DNA of 64,000 nt, from NCBI RefSeq assembly GCF_009914755.1, contig NC_060927.1, one strand, 5' to 3'. Under the pieces are notes generated by a model, which made no database searches, had not been told where the DNA came from, and was given only the letters and a program-made list of their open reading frames with translations. Shown one piece after another: positions 47,571 to 61,325 of the stretch; position 1 is the first letter of the stretch; the number at the start of each line of letters is the position of its first letter. The stretch is from the human T2T-CHM13v2.0 reference genome, Homo sapiens. Made by a program: the position numbers and the translations under genes.

Positions 47571-47914
47571 ACTCTGTTCAGTATTTCCTCACAGGTGGAA
47601 TCTCTGAGAAGGTCAGTTCACTTAGACAAATACTATGAAAATTTAAGTGCTGGGAAGTGCAAAGAGGTCTTTAGGAAATGGCAAATCTTTTGACTTGAGC
47701 AAGAATCTTGAATTCTAGGCTGAGGAATTTGATTCATTAAACAAGGAAAGACTTCATTATTATTTCCTAGCACTATTAGATGCTTACCTGATTAAAATTA
47801 CACCTTAGTTTTCAGTTTCCTGTTGAGTTAAATAGGAGAACAGAAGTTAAACAGAACAACAACGGAAGGAAGAGAAAATAATAAAAAGACTTTAATAATT
47901 GAAAACTTGGATAA

Positions 47915-48245
<331 letters not shown>

Positions 48246-49707
48246 TTTTCCCTCAGTTTTAACAGCTAAAGACTTAATAGGATATATTTATGACCTTCTA
48301 TTTGGGATTGTTGACTGTGTTACATATGGGAATATATTGCTTTTATGAAATTATTGGGACATAATTTTATAGTAGAATTTTTGGAAGTAGAAATTGTATT
48401 TTAAAATTACATTTAGATTATTTATAATTGTAATGTGAATTTAATTGACATTTAAATATTTGTATTTATATAGAAGTAATAGAATGCATGAATTTATTTA
48501 TGATTAAATAGTGGAGATGAAATATACTAGGTTTATTTCTGCTTATAAAAATTATTTAACCTCAGTTCTCCAAGTGAAATAAACATTACATAAAATCATC
48601 AATGATTTTTAAATCTAATGATTATTCTTTTCTTATACCCCAGTTTTATTTATAAGGATAAATCAGAAAGAACCTAAATGTCCAAAAATAAGGGATAAGT
48701 TAGCTTATTGTTCATCTGTATGCAGGATAGTATGCAAACATTAAAATATTATATGCAAGTATATTATTGACAACCGGAAGCTATTTACAATATATAGTAG
48801 TGAAAAAATTTAAGCTATATAACAAGTCAACCATGGTCCCATTTTTATAAGAAAAATAATTGTATTTGTGTGTATTCATAAGAATTTCTGGAGGAAAAAA
48901 CAAGGACATATTGAAGCTATTATCTTTGGCTAGTGGAATTTCAGGTGACTTTTATTTTTTCTTCATTAGAACCAGATGTGATTTTGAATTTTTCTACAAT
49001 AAGCATTTATTATTTGAAGGGTCACTTGTAGCCCATATGGCAACTTTGTGCATATTATGCAAGATGTCCCTTTTTCCTGTGGATGCATACCAGGATATAC
49101 TGTTTGGCCGGGGCATATGGCTTTTAGCTTCCACTTGCCCCCTTGATTTTTTTGTTTTTTCGTAATGAACAACATGCACAACTGTATGTGATGGACCTAA
49201 AAACTTACATTATAAAAATTATTTTAAATTAATTAAAGTTGTATGACCTTTTAATACATCTTCTCTGGGCAGGGTACTCTCCATACTTGAACACTGCCAG
49301 GTCATGCTGGACCTTTGAGCTCACTCTTCGCGCCTCCTCTTTTCTATGTACTCAGTCTACCCAAATACAATGAATCCTTCAGGATCTAGCTATACCCTTC
49401 TCTTTGAAATCTTTTCCAACCACTCTAACACATCTGATCATTTTTCCTTTTTATGAACTTTCCTTGAACAAGGTCAAGAGCATGGGTTGAAGTGGGGGGT
49501 GACGGTGAATAGCTTGCATCTCACCTGCTAACTCCAAACAACTGGCCATGACTCCTTACTAAAATGTGTTGAGTTGCACCTGGCCTCAGTTGGAAAGAGA
49601 GTTGTCATTGATTATGAATGTTTGTCCTGCGTGTGGGAAGTACCAGATAGGTAGCATGTATCACATGCCCTTTCCCTGCCTGGATTGGACAGTAACTATT
49701 TTATATA

Positions 49708-50035
49708 CCATCTTCCCCCGGTATCTGTGGGATATTGATTCCAGGACCTACTGCACATACCAAAGTCTATGGATTCTTAAGTCCCTCATATAAAATGGCA
49801 TAGTATTTGTCTATAATTTATGTATTATATCTAGATTGCTTATAATACCTATTACAACTTAAATGTTATGTGAGTGGTTGTTTTACAGTATTGTTTAGGG
49901 AATAATGTCAAGAATAAAAAATCTGCACATGTTCAATACAGATGCACGTTCCCCGCCCCCCCCCCCCCCAAATATTTTTGATCTGTGGTTGGTTGACTTC
50001 ATTGTTGTGGATTCACAGATGGGGAGGACTGACTG
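49708..50035 (+). mobile_element. MER2 (Tigger family) with an internal poly-C tract
   Basis: cggtatctgtgggatattgattccaggacc..tataaaatggcatagtatttg..ggaggactgactg, flanked by TA. Confidence 0.85.
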
Positions 50036-51045
50036 TACTAGCCTTGGTTTGACAACACAGTTTTTAACATCTAAGGCATAGATACCATATTTTTTCTTGC
50101 TTTTTTTCTGTTGATGATGTTTATGTTGTTATTGTTTTTATTATCCCCTCAGAATTTATCATGGAGCTAAGGGAGCTCAGCAAATAACATTTCTGTTGTA
50201 CTTCTTTCACCTTGACATTTCAAGTCTGTTTCTGCTATAATTTCTCTTATGTCTAAAAGACCTCTTTTATTGGTTCTTTTACATCAGATCTACTGATGAC
50301 AAAATTTTAGTTTTCCTCTGTTTGCAACTGTTATCTAGAGCATGACTTCAGAAATATTGAACTCTCTTCTCTTTCCCCTGTAGACCCTTTCTGTGAACTC
50401 TGTTTACTTGACTGGTTTTAAGTGGCATAACTGATCCATACCAGCTTAAGTGTTCAGCTTCCCATTGGAATAAGCCAAGTGTGTATCATAAGTCCTTGGC
50501 TGTTTAATATATTTAATTTGAACTTGTCCTGACATAGTGGATGCTCACTAATATTTGTCTATAAAACTAAAGGATCTTAAAAAGATAACAAAACACTTAA
50601 ATTTTGTTACTATGGTAGACTTACCTGTGCAAATGATTTATAAGTTCTAGAGCTTTATTTATTACCGATAATAATCAGTCAGATCAAAACTACTTGTAAA
50701 ATGCAAACATCTGAAAACCATCATTCTGAACTATAGTAACATAAGAATATTCATTTAGAGCCACTAATTTGCAAGGTGTTCGCCAATCAAGAGAAAAGTG
50801 CTAAGAATTCTAACCAAACCTGAGAAGCAGAAACTGAGAATTTCAGGAAGATCTTTGTAGATCAGAGTACTGACATTAAGCATTTTTAAAAATTGAGTTA
50901 AAATACAAAAATAGAAATTATTTTTGCTTGCTTTTCCCAACACTGTACCTTCTTGCAAATAGAACATAAGAATGTCCTTATATCAGGATATCTGTAGTGT
51001 TCTATTGGATACTAGCCAAAATTTATCTGTCTTTCTATCTTTCTA

Positions 51046-51085
51046 TCCATCCATCCATCCATCCATCCATCCATCCATCCATCCA
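51046..51085. repeat. (ATCC)n microsatellite, ~10 units
   Basis: Direct reading. Confidence 0.95.
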
Positions 51086-51360
51086 AGATTTGATGTTTGA
51101 AAATGAGACTGACTTTCATTTATAGGTATTACAGTTGAAATAGATTTCAAGGCAATTAAGAAAGCTGAAAATTATATGAAGATTTTTTTTTTTATTTTGA
51201 AAGTGAAGTGCAGTCAATTGGTCCATTATTAGGCTGTTGTATTGAACCAGTATTTACTGAGTGACTTCTATATTGTATGCTGATTATCTTGTTAATCTGA
51301 TTTTGAATGTAAGGCGAGAAAAATTTGAGAAATATGTAACTGAACAAAGACCATTAGTAA

Positions 51361-51697
<337 letters not shown>

Positions 51698-52035
51698 AGA
51701 ACTCAGCTTTTTCTTAAATTTATATTTTGCCAAACTTTTATTCATCAATAACATTTGATATATAACAAAATCTAATACATGTAAAAATGTTTTCATTATT
51801 GTTTGAGATGGAAAATGTAGATATGTAATAATGTATGTAGTCAGGCTTTTATAAGCGTTCAGTGACATCATGTAAAAATCCAACTCCTGTAGATTTTGCT
51901 TTATGAAAGAAAAAAATACAAAATTAACTATGATCTTAGCTCTTATATCCATAGAAAACTGCAGCATACTAGTCTTTTAAAAGTAAATAATATGTTTAGT
52001 TCATGACAAAAAAATCTACTGTACATTTTTATTTT

Positions 52036-52318
52036 GGCCAGGTGCGGTGGCTCACACCTGTAATTCCAGTTCTTTGGGTGGCTGAGATGGGAGGACCACT
52101 TGAGTCTAGAAGTTCAAGACCAACTTGGACAACATAGTGAGGCCCTACCTATCTCTACAAAAAATAAGAAAAAAATTAGCTGAGTGTGGTGGCACATGCC
52201 TGTGGTCATAGCTACTTGGGAGCCTGAGGATGGAGGGCCACTTGGGCCCAGGAGTTAGAGTCTAACTAGATGTTGCTACTGCATTCCAGCCTGGGTGACA
52301 GAATGTCTCTTAAAAAAA
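52036..52318 (+). mobile_element. AluJ
   Basis: Diverged dimer with J-type gggagga..cacttgag and tctacaaaaaat. Confidence 0.9.
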
Positions 52319-53919
52319 TTATTTTTAATAGTTAACTCAATTTTTCATAATTACTATATATGTACATATTTTTACATAGGATAATACATTAGTGATTATA
52401 ATTATATTTAATCTTTTATTTACCAAGGACTTGTTCAGTGGAATGACACTTTCATGCTACTCCAATTAGTTATGTGATTTATGGTTTATGAGTATTTTAT
52501 AATTAAACCCTCACTGGAATTTTGGCTTGCTCTTTGAAATGGTTTTGGTTATATTTATTTTGTTAAGTTTCTGCTCATCCCACCAAAAAAGTCACTTTTC
52601 TTTTAGATCTCTTTTGTTTCTTAAATTTGTTTTTAAGTAATCACTTTTATAAGTAAATCCATAATAGATTTTGGATTGAGGTGATAGGGAATGATGAGAA
52701 AAATTGTCATTACTTTACTGGGAGAATCAAGTAATTTAAGTTATTTTCCTAAGCTAATATTTTGACAAATGTAGATGCAAAATATTGATAGTAAGGGAAA
52801 TTGCCATCATCGGAAAGAATAGTATTTTTTCAAAATAAATATCATTATTAAGTGTGGCTCCTTAACCCGATTCCTCTAGACTACTAAAAAACCTGAATAT
52901 TCATTGGTATGATTGATACTGTTCTTCTGTTTTAAGAAAAGGTAAGAAAAGTCAATGACTTTCTGGTAAGACGAGATCTAAAAAATCTTAGTGTTTTTGT
53001 TTACAAATTTCTTAAGAGGACATAAGCTTTATTATAGCAATAGTTTTTAGACGTAGAGTATATTTCTTTTGGAAAAATAATGAAATTTGTTTGTAACAAA
53101 GGGAAAGTAATACCTACTTTTAATTTTTTTCTTGCCTACCATGGCATAATTGATACATGGCATCTTCTCACGCCTAAGATTAAAACTATCAGGTGCTACC
53201 TGGTTTATTTTGGACAACCTCAGTCTTGTCCCAGTTAGTTTTAAAATGTCTGCTTCATACGTGTTGAGCCACTGCATTTCCTGCTTTAGAGCCTTGTGTT
53301 ATGCCAACATCACTATCTGTGCTGCCTCAACTACAAATTGGATGAACAGCCTGTGACACTTTTTCAATATTATTACATTAAACCAAGTGGATTTTGATTG
53401 ATAACCTAATATTCAACTAATGCAGAACATCAATCATGGCAAGTATATTAATTATTTAATATTGCAGTCTAATTCAGAAATCGATGTGCTGCATGAGGGG
53501 AAGGGAAACTCATGGTTCCCAGAAGATTTAAGACAGGGAATGATTAAAAAAAGACCTGCTGTACTCCTGTGTGTTAGTTCGATACAAATCTTTATTCATT
53601 TGCCAATAATCTCTTCCCATTTTCCACTTCAGGACCATTTTATCAGTTTTGAGACCTATAATTGAATTAAGTCTGCTTTCAGCACAGGGCAAAAGGAGTT
53701 GCACAAATATTGATGAAGTCATGACAGGGACAACCCAAGAGACAGACCACTAAAGAGGACAGGTTTTATACCATTTGTTGTAAGATCCTTCTGTCAATGT
53801 CTTGGATGTTGCCTCTCTATTTTTTCAAATTCATTAAAACTCTTAGAATCACTTTTAAGACTTTTGTGTTTAAATATCCTCCATCATAATAACATTTCTA
53901 TAGTTTATTTTTTATCTTC

Positions 53920-54100
53920 ATGTACATTATCCTTCTTACTCTTTCACAGCAACCTTGTGTGTTAGGTAAGGCAAGTAAGCCTCACATCATAGGTGGACAA
54001 TCTGAGATTGAGAAAAGTTGGATTATTACTCAAGCTCACAGGACTATTTTGTAGTAGTGTTTAAATTTGAGTGTAGGCACTCTGCTTCTAAAACGAGTAT
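53920..54100 (-). mobile_element. MIR
   Basis: tcacagcaaccttgtg..tctgagattgagaaaagtt..ctcaagctcacag. Confidence 0.6.
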
Positions 54101-54469
54101 TATATGTCATACTGTTTTGTGTTGTATTTATGTACTCATGATACTTTACCTGTGTTGTTTTGAGGTGGTCATTCTTCCTTATCTTTCTGACCAAAGTAAA
54201 AGTAAAGAAAACTGATTTTCATGGAGAACTTGCTTAAACTTAGGTGTCCCAATGTGATATGTGTTAAGCTTTATGTATATGCAAACCTTCCAGATATAAA
54301 TGAAAACTTCTTGGTTTATCTTTCCCTAGACTAGAATATACTTAAGTCCCTGACTCTCATATATGTATATATTACCTAAAATTACCTTCTTTTCATAATA
54401 TATACATACATACATATGTGTACGTACGTACATATGTATGTATGTATGGGAGTAGGGGACTTAAATGTA

Positions 54470-55560
54470 TTTTGTCATTAAAGCATTAAACTTGCTGCCC
54501 CAGCTTTCTTTTGGTCCATATTTGCCTGGTTTTATGGGAAACCTTTTTTTGGGAAACCCTTCTGAATCATTTTGTATTATGTGTCTTTTGTAAATAATAC
54601 ATTGCTGGATTTTGGTTTTTTATCCAATCTGAAAATCTTTTCTGGGATTTCAATTCCAGATGATTATGGGTGAACTTTCTCTAGTTTTCTTTTTAGTTAC
54701 TGATTACTTAGATTACAATAATTGCTCAATTCTAGGCCATCCTTTACTTGCCTTACCTTGTTGATTCTTCCTGAATTTATTTATCTTCTTACCTGCATTA
54801 TATTCTTCAAGACTTCTTTTAAATGATGTCTTTGTGTGGTGAATTTTCTGAAACCTTGTATGCTGAGAATTTCTTTATATTTCTTTGTATTTAAATAATA
54901 GTTTATTAGCTATGTGTTAATTCTTGGTTCACAGTTCTTTTCCTGTAACACTTTATCTTGAGAGTTGTTATTACTCCATTGTCTTCTTGTCTTCACTTTA
55001 GTGTCGGGAAATCTAATATCAGTGATATTCTTCCTTTGTGTAGGGGTCTCCTTTTTCATTCCGGAAGCTTTTTGACTTTTCTCTTAATCCATTATAGTCT
55101 TAAATGTCCGTATAATATGCTTTGCTGCAGATTTTTAAACATCCTTTCAGCACTCTATGTGCCCTTTGAACCTGAGATTTGAATATTTTTATATCTGGGA
55201 AATCTCTGTCATTATTTCTTCAAATATTTCTTCTCTTCCATTTTTTTTAACCCTCCTTCTAGGATTCTCATTATATAGATGTTAACACTTCTACTCCTGT
55301 TCTTAATTCTATCAGTTGTTTGTCTTGTCTTTTTGCCCCCTCCTTATGCCTTCTGCAATAGTTCTTCTACCCAGTTTTCCAGCTTATTAATTCATCCTCT
55401 GTCTGTATCTATTGTATTTTCAATCCATCCTCTGAATTCTTTATTTCAAATGATTATGTTTGTAATACCCACTATCATATATTGGTTCTTTTTCATAACT
55501 TCATTTTCATACTTATATTTCTAAAAATCATCTCTTTGAAGATGTTATTATGTTTACATT
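54470..55560 (-). mobile_element. Old L1ME internal fragment
   Basis: cagctttcttttggt..ttttttatccaatctgaaaatct..cattatttcttcaaatattt. Confidence 0.6.
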
Positions 55561-56074
55561 CTTGTTTAGTTTATTCTCTTTTCTCTGGATAAGATTATTA
55601 TTTTTTAAAATTCTGGTTTATACATCTTACAGTTTTCCTTGTGGGTTCATCTTTTTTTTTCCTAACAGCATTTAGCTGCCGTGGATAGCAATTTTAATCT
55701 AAAAGGAGGGGTAAAAACCTAAGATCTGACTTGTGCTTCTCCAGGCTAATTTAAAAACTAGAGTGGACAATCTCTAGTGTTCTAGTTTAGCCTCAACTAC
55801 TTTCCCCGTGGCTCCCACACCCTCAAAAACAGTAAAAAAAATAAATAAATAACCACCCACACCCTACACATGTTCATGCACATACAGGCACCTGTGCCTT
55901 CCTCCTAATACTACTGTTTTATCTCAGGCAGCCACTCAGTGTTGCAAATTGCCTTGCTCTTTACATGGGTTGGAGATAGAGTGGGGCTGAATAGTACTGC
56001 TCAGAGACCTGAGCTGGTTGCTACTGACTCTGTACCCAAGCTTGTCTTGTGATTCAGATGTCATATCCTTAAAT

Positions 56075-56840
56075 ATATTGATTCAGTCATTGTATTGGGT
56101 GCTGGAATATAAAAATTAAAAAGACGTAATGCATATCGCCAAGGAGTTTTCACTTCACTGGTGTAAGTAGGAAAGTAAATAGGCATTTATAAAATACTGT
56201 GATCAGTTCTGTGATGGGACATGCCCCGAGTGTTAATGGAAATATATAGGAAGAATTCATCACATAATTTGTGGGACAAGGAGAAGGTTTCCCCAATTGA
56301 AGAATGGTTTAGGATGAGTCCTGAAGGATGGATTTTTGTTAGATAGGGAAGATTAGAGGAGGCTGGGAGAAAAGGAGCATTTTAGGTAGAGGGTGAAAGT
56401 GGTTCATTGGTGAGTGAAACCAGGTTAGTAGTTTGTTGTGGCTGCTGTTGTTACTTTTCATGTAATGTAGCTTTGACAAGATAACAGAGGGAATAGGTAA
56501 ACTGCAGTATGGTAGGATACTGTAGATTTTAAGAAGAGAATTGACATGATTAAGTTTATATTTTATAAAGATTTTGTTGTGTTAGTGGAAAATGAATTGA
56601 CATGAGACAAGGCAGGAACTACTGGCATTCAATAAGAGACTATTGCAGCAATTTAGGGAGAAAAGATGATGGACTGAAATAACATAAAAGCTGTGGAGAT
56701 AGAAAGAAATAGTTAGATCTAATGATAATGAAGGTTGTTGGATAGCCAGGGCCCTATGGTTGATTACATTTGGTTACATTTGATAGTGAAGGAAAGGGAA
56801 TGTGCCAAGAATGATGACTAGTTTTCTCTCAGCCATGCCA
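56075..56840 (-). mobile_element. L2 fragment
   Basis: attgattcagtcattgtattgggtgctgg..tgagtcctgaaggatg..gagactattgcagcaatttagg. Confidence 0.7.
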
Positions 56841-57444
56841 TTCAAAACATTTTATAAATATCTTTTAATTTAAAGAATTACTTAGAAACATGGCAAAGCA
56901 ATAGCCTACATTGTCTTTTTGTTTTAAAGAGCAGTTTCTTGTCCTCATTCTCAAATACAGGTATCTCAGAAAATTAAGTGATTTTCCCTAAGATTGTGGC
57001 AGACACAGTTGACAGCAAACCTACCCTGAAATGAAGCTATTTACAGTCTTTGTTTATCCCATTTTGTGTGAACATTAATATCTTTCTTTCAGAATTACTA
57101 ACGTGTATGATGATGAGATGCTGCATCAGACCCTGCTGGCACCGTTGTATGACATACCTTAACCTTTCTAAAATCTGAAATATTCTGATAAAGCATGTCT
57201 AGCCCCAGCTATTTCAGATAATAAAGTATGGACTTATACTTTGAATCTGATCATTTTCATTCTTTATATATTGCAATATTATTTTCTAATAAGAACCATT
57301 TTGTGACAATGTAGCTGTGCGAGAAAGCGAAGTAGATGTGTATTATATAGCACAGACTCTAAGATAGATTGCCAAGTGAAGGTACAAAACAGAGTGTATA
57401 ATATGCTTCTATTGTGGATTTCAACAAACATAGAAGGGAGAAAG

Positions 57445-57595
57445 ACACACACACACACATACACACATACACACACACGAGTGCATATCTTCAGAAGGAT
57501 TAACCAAGATTGAGAACTGGGAGTCAGTGATGGGAGGAAGACTTAATTTTATTTTGTGTGTGTGTGTGTGTGTGCATGCATGTGCACACATACAT
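57445..57595. repeat. (CA)n tract at 57445-57478 and (TG)n tract at 57555-57574
   Basis: Direct reading. Confidence 0.9.
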
Positions 57596-59163
57596 ATATG
57601 TTGCCCTGTTCAGATGTTTCACTATATGTTAATACTTTTTGGTTTAAATTTTAAGTTATACAAATAACTATATTTGAATGTTCTTGTGAAAATGTAAAGA
57701 TTCATTTGACTTCCAGCTCCGATAAATGCATTAATTTTGTAATGATAAAGTATAAAATAATTATTTATATAGATAGTAGCCTTCTCTCACACCTTGCAGT
57801 AATTTATTCTTATCATTTGTCAGTAGGACTGCAGACATTAGAGATTAAATAATGAGTTTCAGAAACCATTAAATATCTAAACATTGAATATATAGTTTTG
57901 CTAAGATTGCCAGAAGCAGGAAATACAGAAGACAATGGCTGAAAATTAGTACTAATCAGTAGAAGTGGGAATTTACTCTAATATGTCAGACTGGGCAGTG
58001 AGAGCAAAGGTTGGAAGCCATGAGTACAGTTTTCCAGCAGCAAATCTGAAGGGAATAAAAATGGAGAAATTTGGAAGCAAGACAAAGGAAACAGGTAAGT
58101 ATATCTTTGGCAAAGAAAAAATAGAAGACAGAAATAGAAAAGAAAGTTGAGACCCCTCAGAGAAGTGAGATGTGGGGAGAAGATTAAACATCATGAATAT
58201 AATAATGTTGTTTATTGTTGGAGGATTTAAATTAATAATTACTTTCTGCAATGTGGTAGGATTATAATTTCTTGTTTAAAAAGGTAATGCTTGGTACTTA
58301 CAATGGAACTAAAATATTGCTTGATCAGAATGAGAAAAGCCAAAGTTCATTTGTCACAAATAAATTAGTACAGATTGAAATCAGAAAAAATTTAACTATT
58401 TGCCACATTTCAACAAATCTGTATTTAAATTATGTTTGCTAGATGTACAGATACTTGTATTTTCAGTTCCATAAGCAGTCTCTTCTACAGTAAAAAGCAG
58501 GAAATTTAATACTTAAAATATATCATGATATTTGATGTTTATGTTTTCTTTGGTGATATTTTCTTTTTTGATATTAAAATGATCATAGGTCCTGATTTGT
58601 AGTGTGCATTAAATTCATAAAATTAATGACAGGAGAAAATAGGATAAGATTTAGTTATTTAGCTGTGTACTCACTAATGTATTCTTTATGTGTACATTCT
58701 TTTTATAAAAACGCAACCATTGGTGGATGGATATTTGAGAAACCAAATATAATAAAATGTGAGTTATAGAATCTGGGTGGTGGATAGAATCTGTAAATTT
58801 GAACATTTTCATAATAAATGTTGGAAATAAACAATAATATAATAAAATTTCTAATAGAAAAGCTAGTGTGAAAGGAATAGATATTGTGTGAAGAATAAAA
58901 TGATGTTTGTGAGTTCTTTACATTTTTCATTGACTTTGAAAAATCTGAAACTTTTTTTAGTGAAATACCAGTTTAGTGGTAAATCTGATATAAATTATCT
59001 GTTCACTTTTGATAAAAATTGTTTTGTCCTTAAAAACAGTGTTATGAACATAAGTAAATACATATGAAAAAATTACAAGGGTTTATAAAACATTTTTGAG
59101 GTAAACAAATTAGAGCAGACAAGGATTTAGCAACTATTTAGAACTTTTACTCTTCTATTTTAG

Positions 59164-59200
59164 GGAATCTGGAAACATCAAAGCTGGATTAGAACATCTG
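59164..59200 (+). CDS. RSRC1: Internal 37-nt coding exon of RSRC1 (arginine/serine-rich coiled-coil 1)
   Basis: Polypyrimidine acceptor cttttactcttctattttag|G and consensus donor CTG|gtaagt. It reads G-GAA TCT GGA AAC ATC AAA GCT GGA TTA GAA CAT CTG = (G)ESGNIKAGLEHL, a peptide I recall from RSRC1 just before PPAEQAKARLQLVLEAA. It is too short to appear in the ORF track. Confidence 0.92.
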
Positions 59201-60414
59201 GTAAGTTCTCATTTTCTCTTGAACATTTGCATCATCTTTGATATCTGCATTCTAAATGAACACTTTTGAATGAGCTTTGAATACTTTGTATTGAGAAAGT
59301 CAACCATTTCCCAAAGGGTCAGCTTACTGTTATTATGTGAAGGCACTTACATTTTCATTTCTCTTATCATTTCAAGGGAATTTAAAAATTTTTTAAATTA
59401 CTTTTTTTTGATGTAGAGATGAAATAAAATGGATGACAATCCTTGGATTGATGCTTGCTTTAATTATAAACAAAAATTGTTTGGTGTAGAATTTTTGGCA
59501 TATCTTGATCTGATGAAAACAAGCTTGTGTTTTAAGAAAAACACAATCAAATATTGCATGCATAAATATGGTATGTTTTAGCAATTTAGCAGCTTTGAAA
59601 GAAGTGCACAGCTTTGTCTTTCCTGATGTCTTTGCTTTATGAATAATGCATTGGTTTAAACTACATTCAGATTTAGAATATAAAATAATTGAGATGCAAA
59701 ATTTTTGGTTTAAGTAAACATTTTAGAGAAAAGTGAAATTCAAACTGATTTAGCATTAAAATCTGTTATTGATCAAAAAATTGGAAAACCCTTACAATTG
59801 TAATATGTTTGAAATTCATTGAGCCCACTGTATTGAGTGTTTATTACAACATTAAGTAGTTCATTTAAACTGAGCGTTACAGAGTCATCCTCTGGTTTCT
59901 GGTCAGATCCAAATGTTGAATAATTAATGGTACATATTCTTTTGTAAATACAGTCTAAGTAGTTTTTTAATGCAAGACTTCATTCGTATATCATACTGTA
60001 GCTTTGTTAACTATTAATGTACTTTTGTTCTGCTTCCACAAAAGCAAACAGTAGCAAGAGACAGCTTCATTTTGACTTATAGCAGTTTTATAGTTGGAAG
60101 GAATTTTTGGTTTTTCTTTTATAGCTAATGGAAACTGAGGAAACCTAGACTTTTAAAAGTGATCCTAAAAATTAGAGATTAATTATTAAAAAGGAGGATA
60201 TAATAGAAAATTTGAGCTATGTATTTGGGGATCAGAAGTTAGTAAATAACATGGTTATTTTCATCATTAAAAAATATTTCCTGAACCACTGTTTATAACT
60301 TCATAATAGCACATAGATTTAGGACATATGGACATCAGAATAAACATGTTAGTTTGTAACATCACATTCCAGTATCAGTTAGGGGCTTACAACAAGGAAG
60401 AACAGCTATCATAG

Positions 60415-60755
<341 letters not shown>

Positions 60756-60942
60756 TGAGGTGTCTTTTATACTTTTGTTGTAAATTATTATTTATTAAAA
60801 ATACTTTATATTTACTTTGTTTGTGTTCTTCAGTAAATAAAAATGGCTTTGATGTTTTACTAGTTTAAATTTCGTATGTTTTATACTTACTAGTAGCATC
60901 TCATTTTCAGTGACTATTATTTGTACTTATAATTTTATCCAG

Positions 60943-61125
60943 CAGTGGTTTTCTAGCTGTGCCTTCGGCTGCCCAGAAAGCTCTCCACAGCAGGTGGTAC
61001 TCCAGACTTCCACTACTCACTTTAACCAAAATAGTTCCACTTTTACTTATTTTGTAAACTTTTGAACTTTTAAATAACATTTCATCTGAAGAAAGAGTAC
61101 TCTGGCTAAAAATATTTTAAAACTT
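60943..61125 (+). mobile_element. MER103-like hAT relic
   Basis: cagtggttttc..cactttaaccaaaatagttccacttttact..tttcatctgaagaaag..gctaaaaa. Confidence 0.55.
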
Positions 61126-61216
61126 TTTATAAAACATAGCTACTCATTGAAGAATAATTGTATATTAATTATTCTTCCCTATTCTTGACACTAAGTTATA
61201 TTTCATTTTTACTTAT

Positions 61217-61325
61217 GTCATATACCTCAAATGTATTTCAAAGATAAGCATTTTGGGAATGAGAGAGCCAGGTCATATACCTCAAATATGTTTCAAAGAT
61301 AAGCATTTTGGGAATAAAGAGCCAG
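61217..61325. repeat. Tandem duplication, 2 x ~55 bp
   Basis: gtcatatacctcaaat..ttcaaagataagcattttgggaat..gagccag at 61217-61271 and 61272-61325. Confidence 0.95.

Noticed and set aside
61217-61325. Possible CRISPR-like repeat array (also the 5'UTR repeats at 20800-21600)
   Set aside because: Only 2-3 adjacent copies, no unique spacers, no cas genes, and a eukaryotic context.
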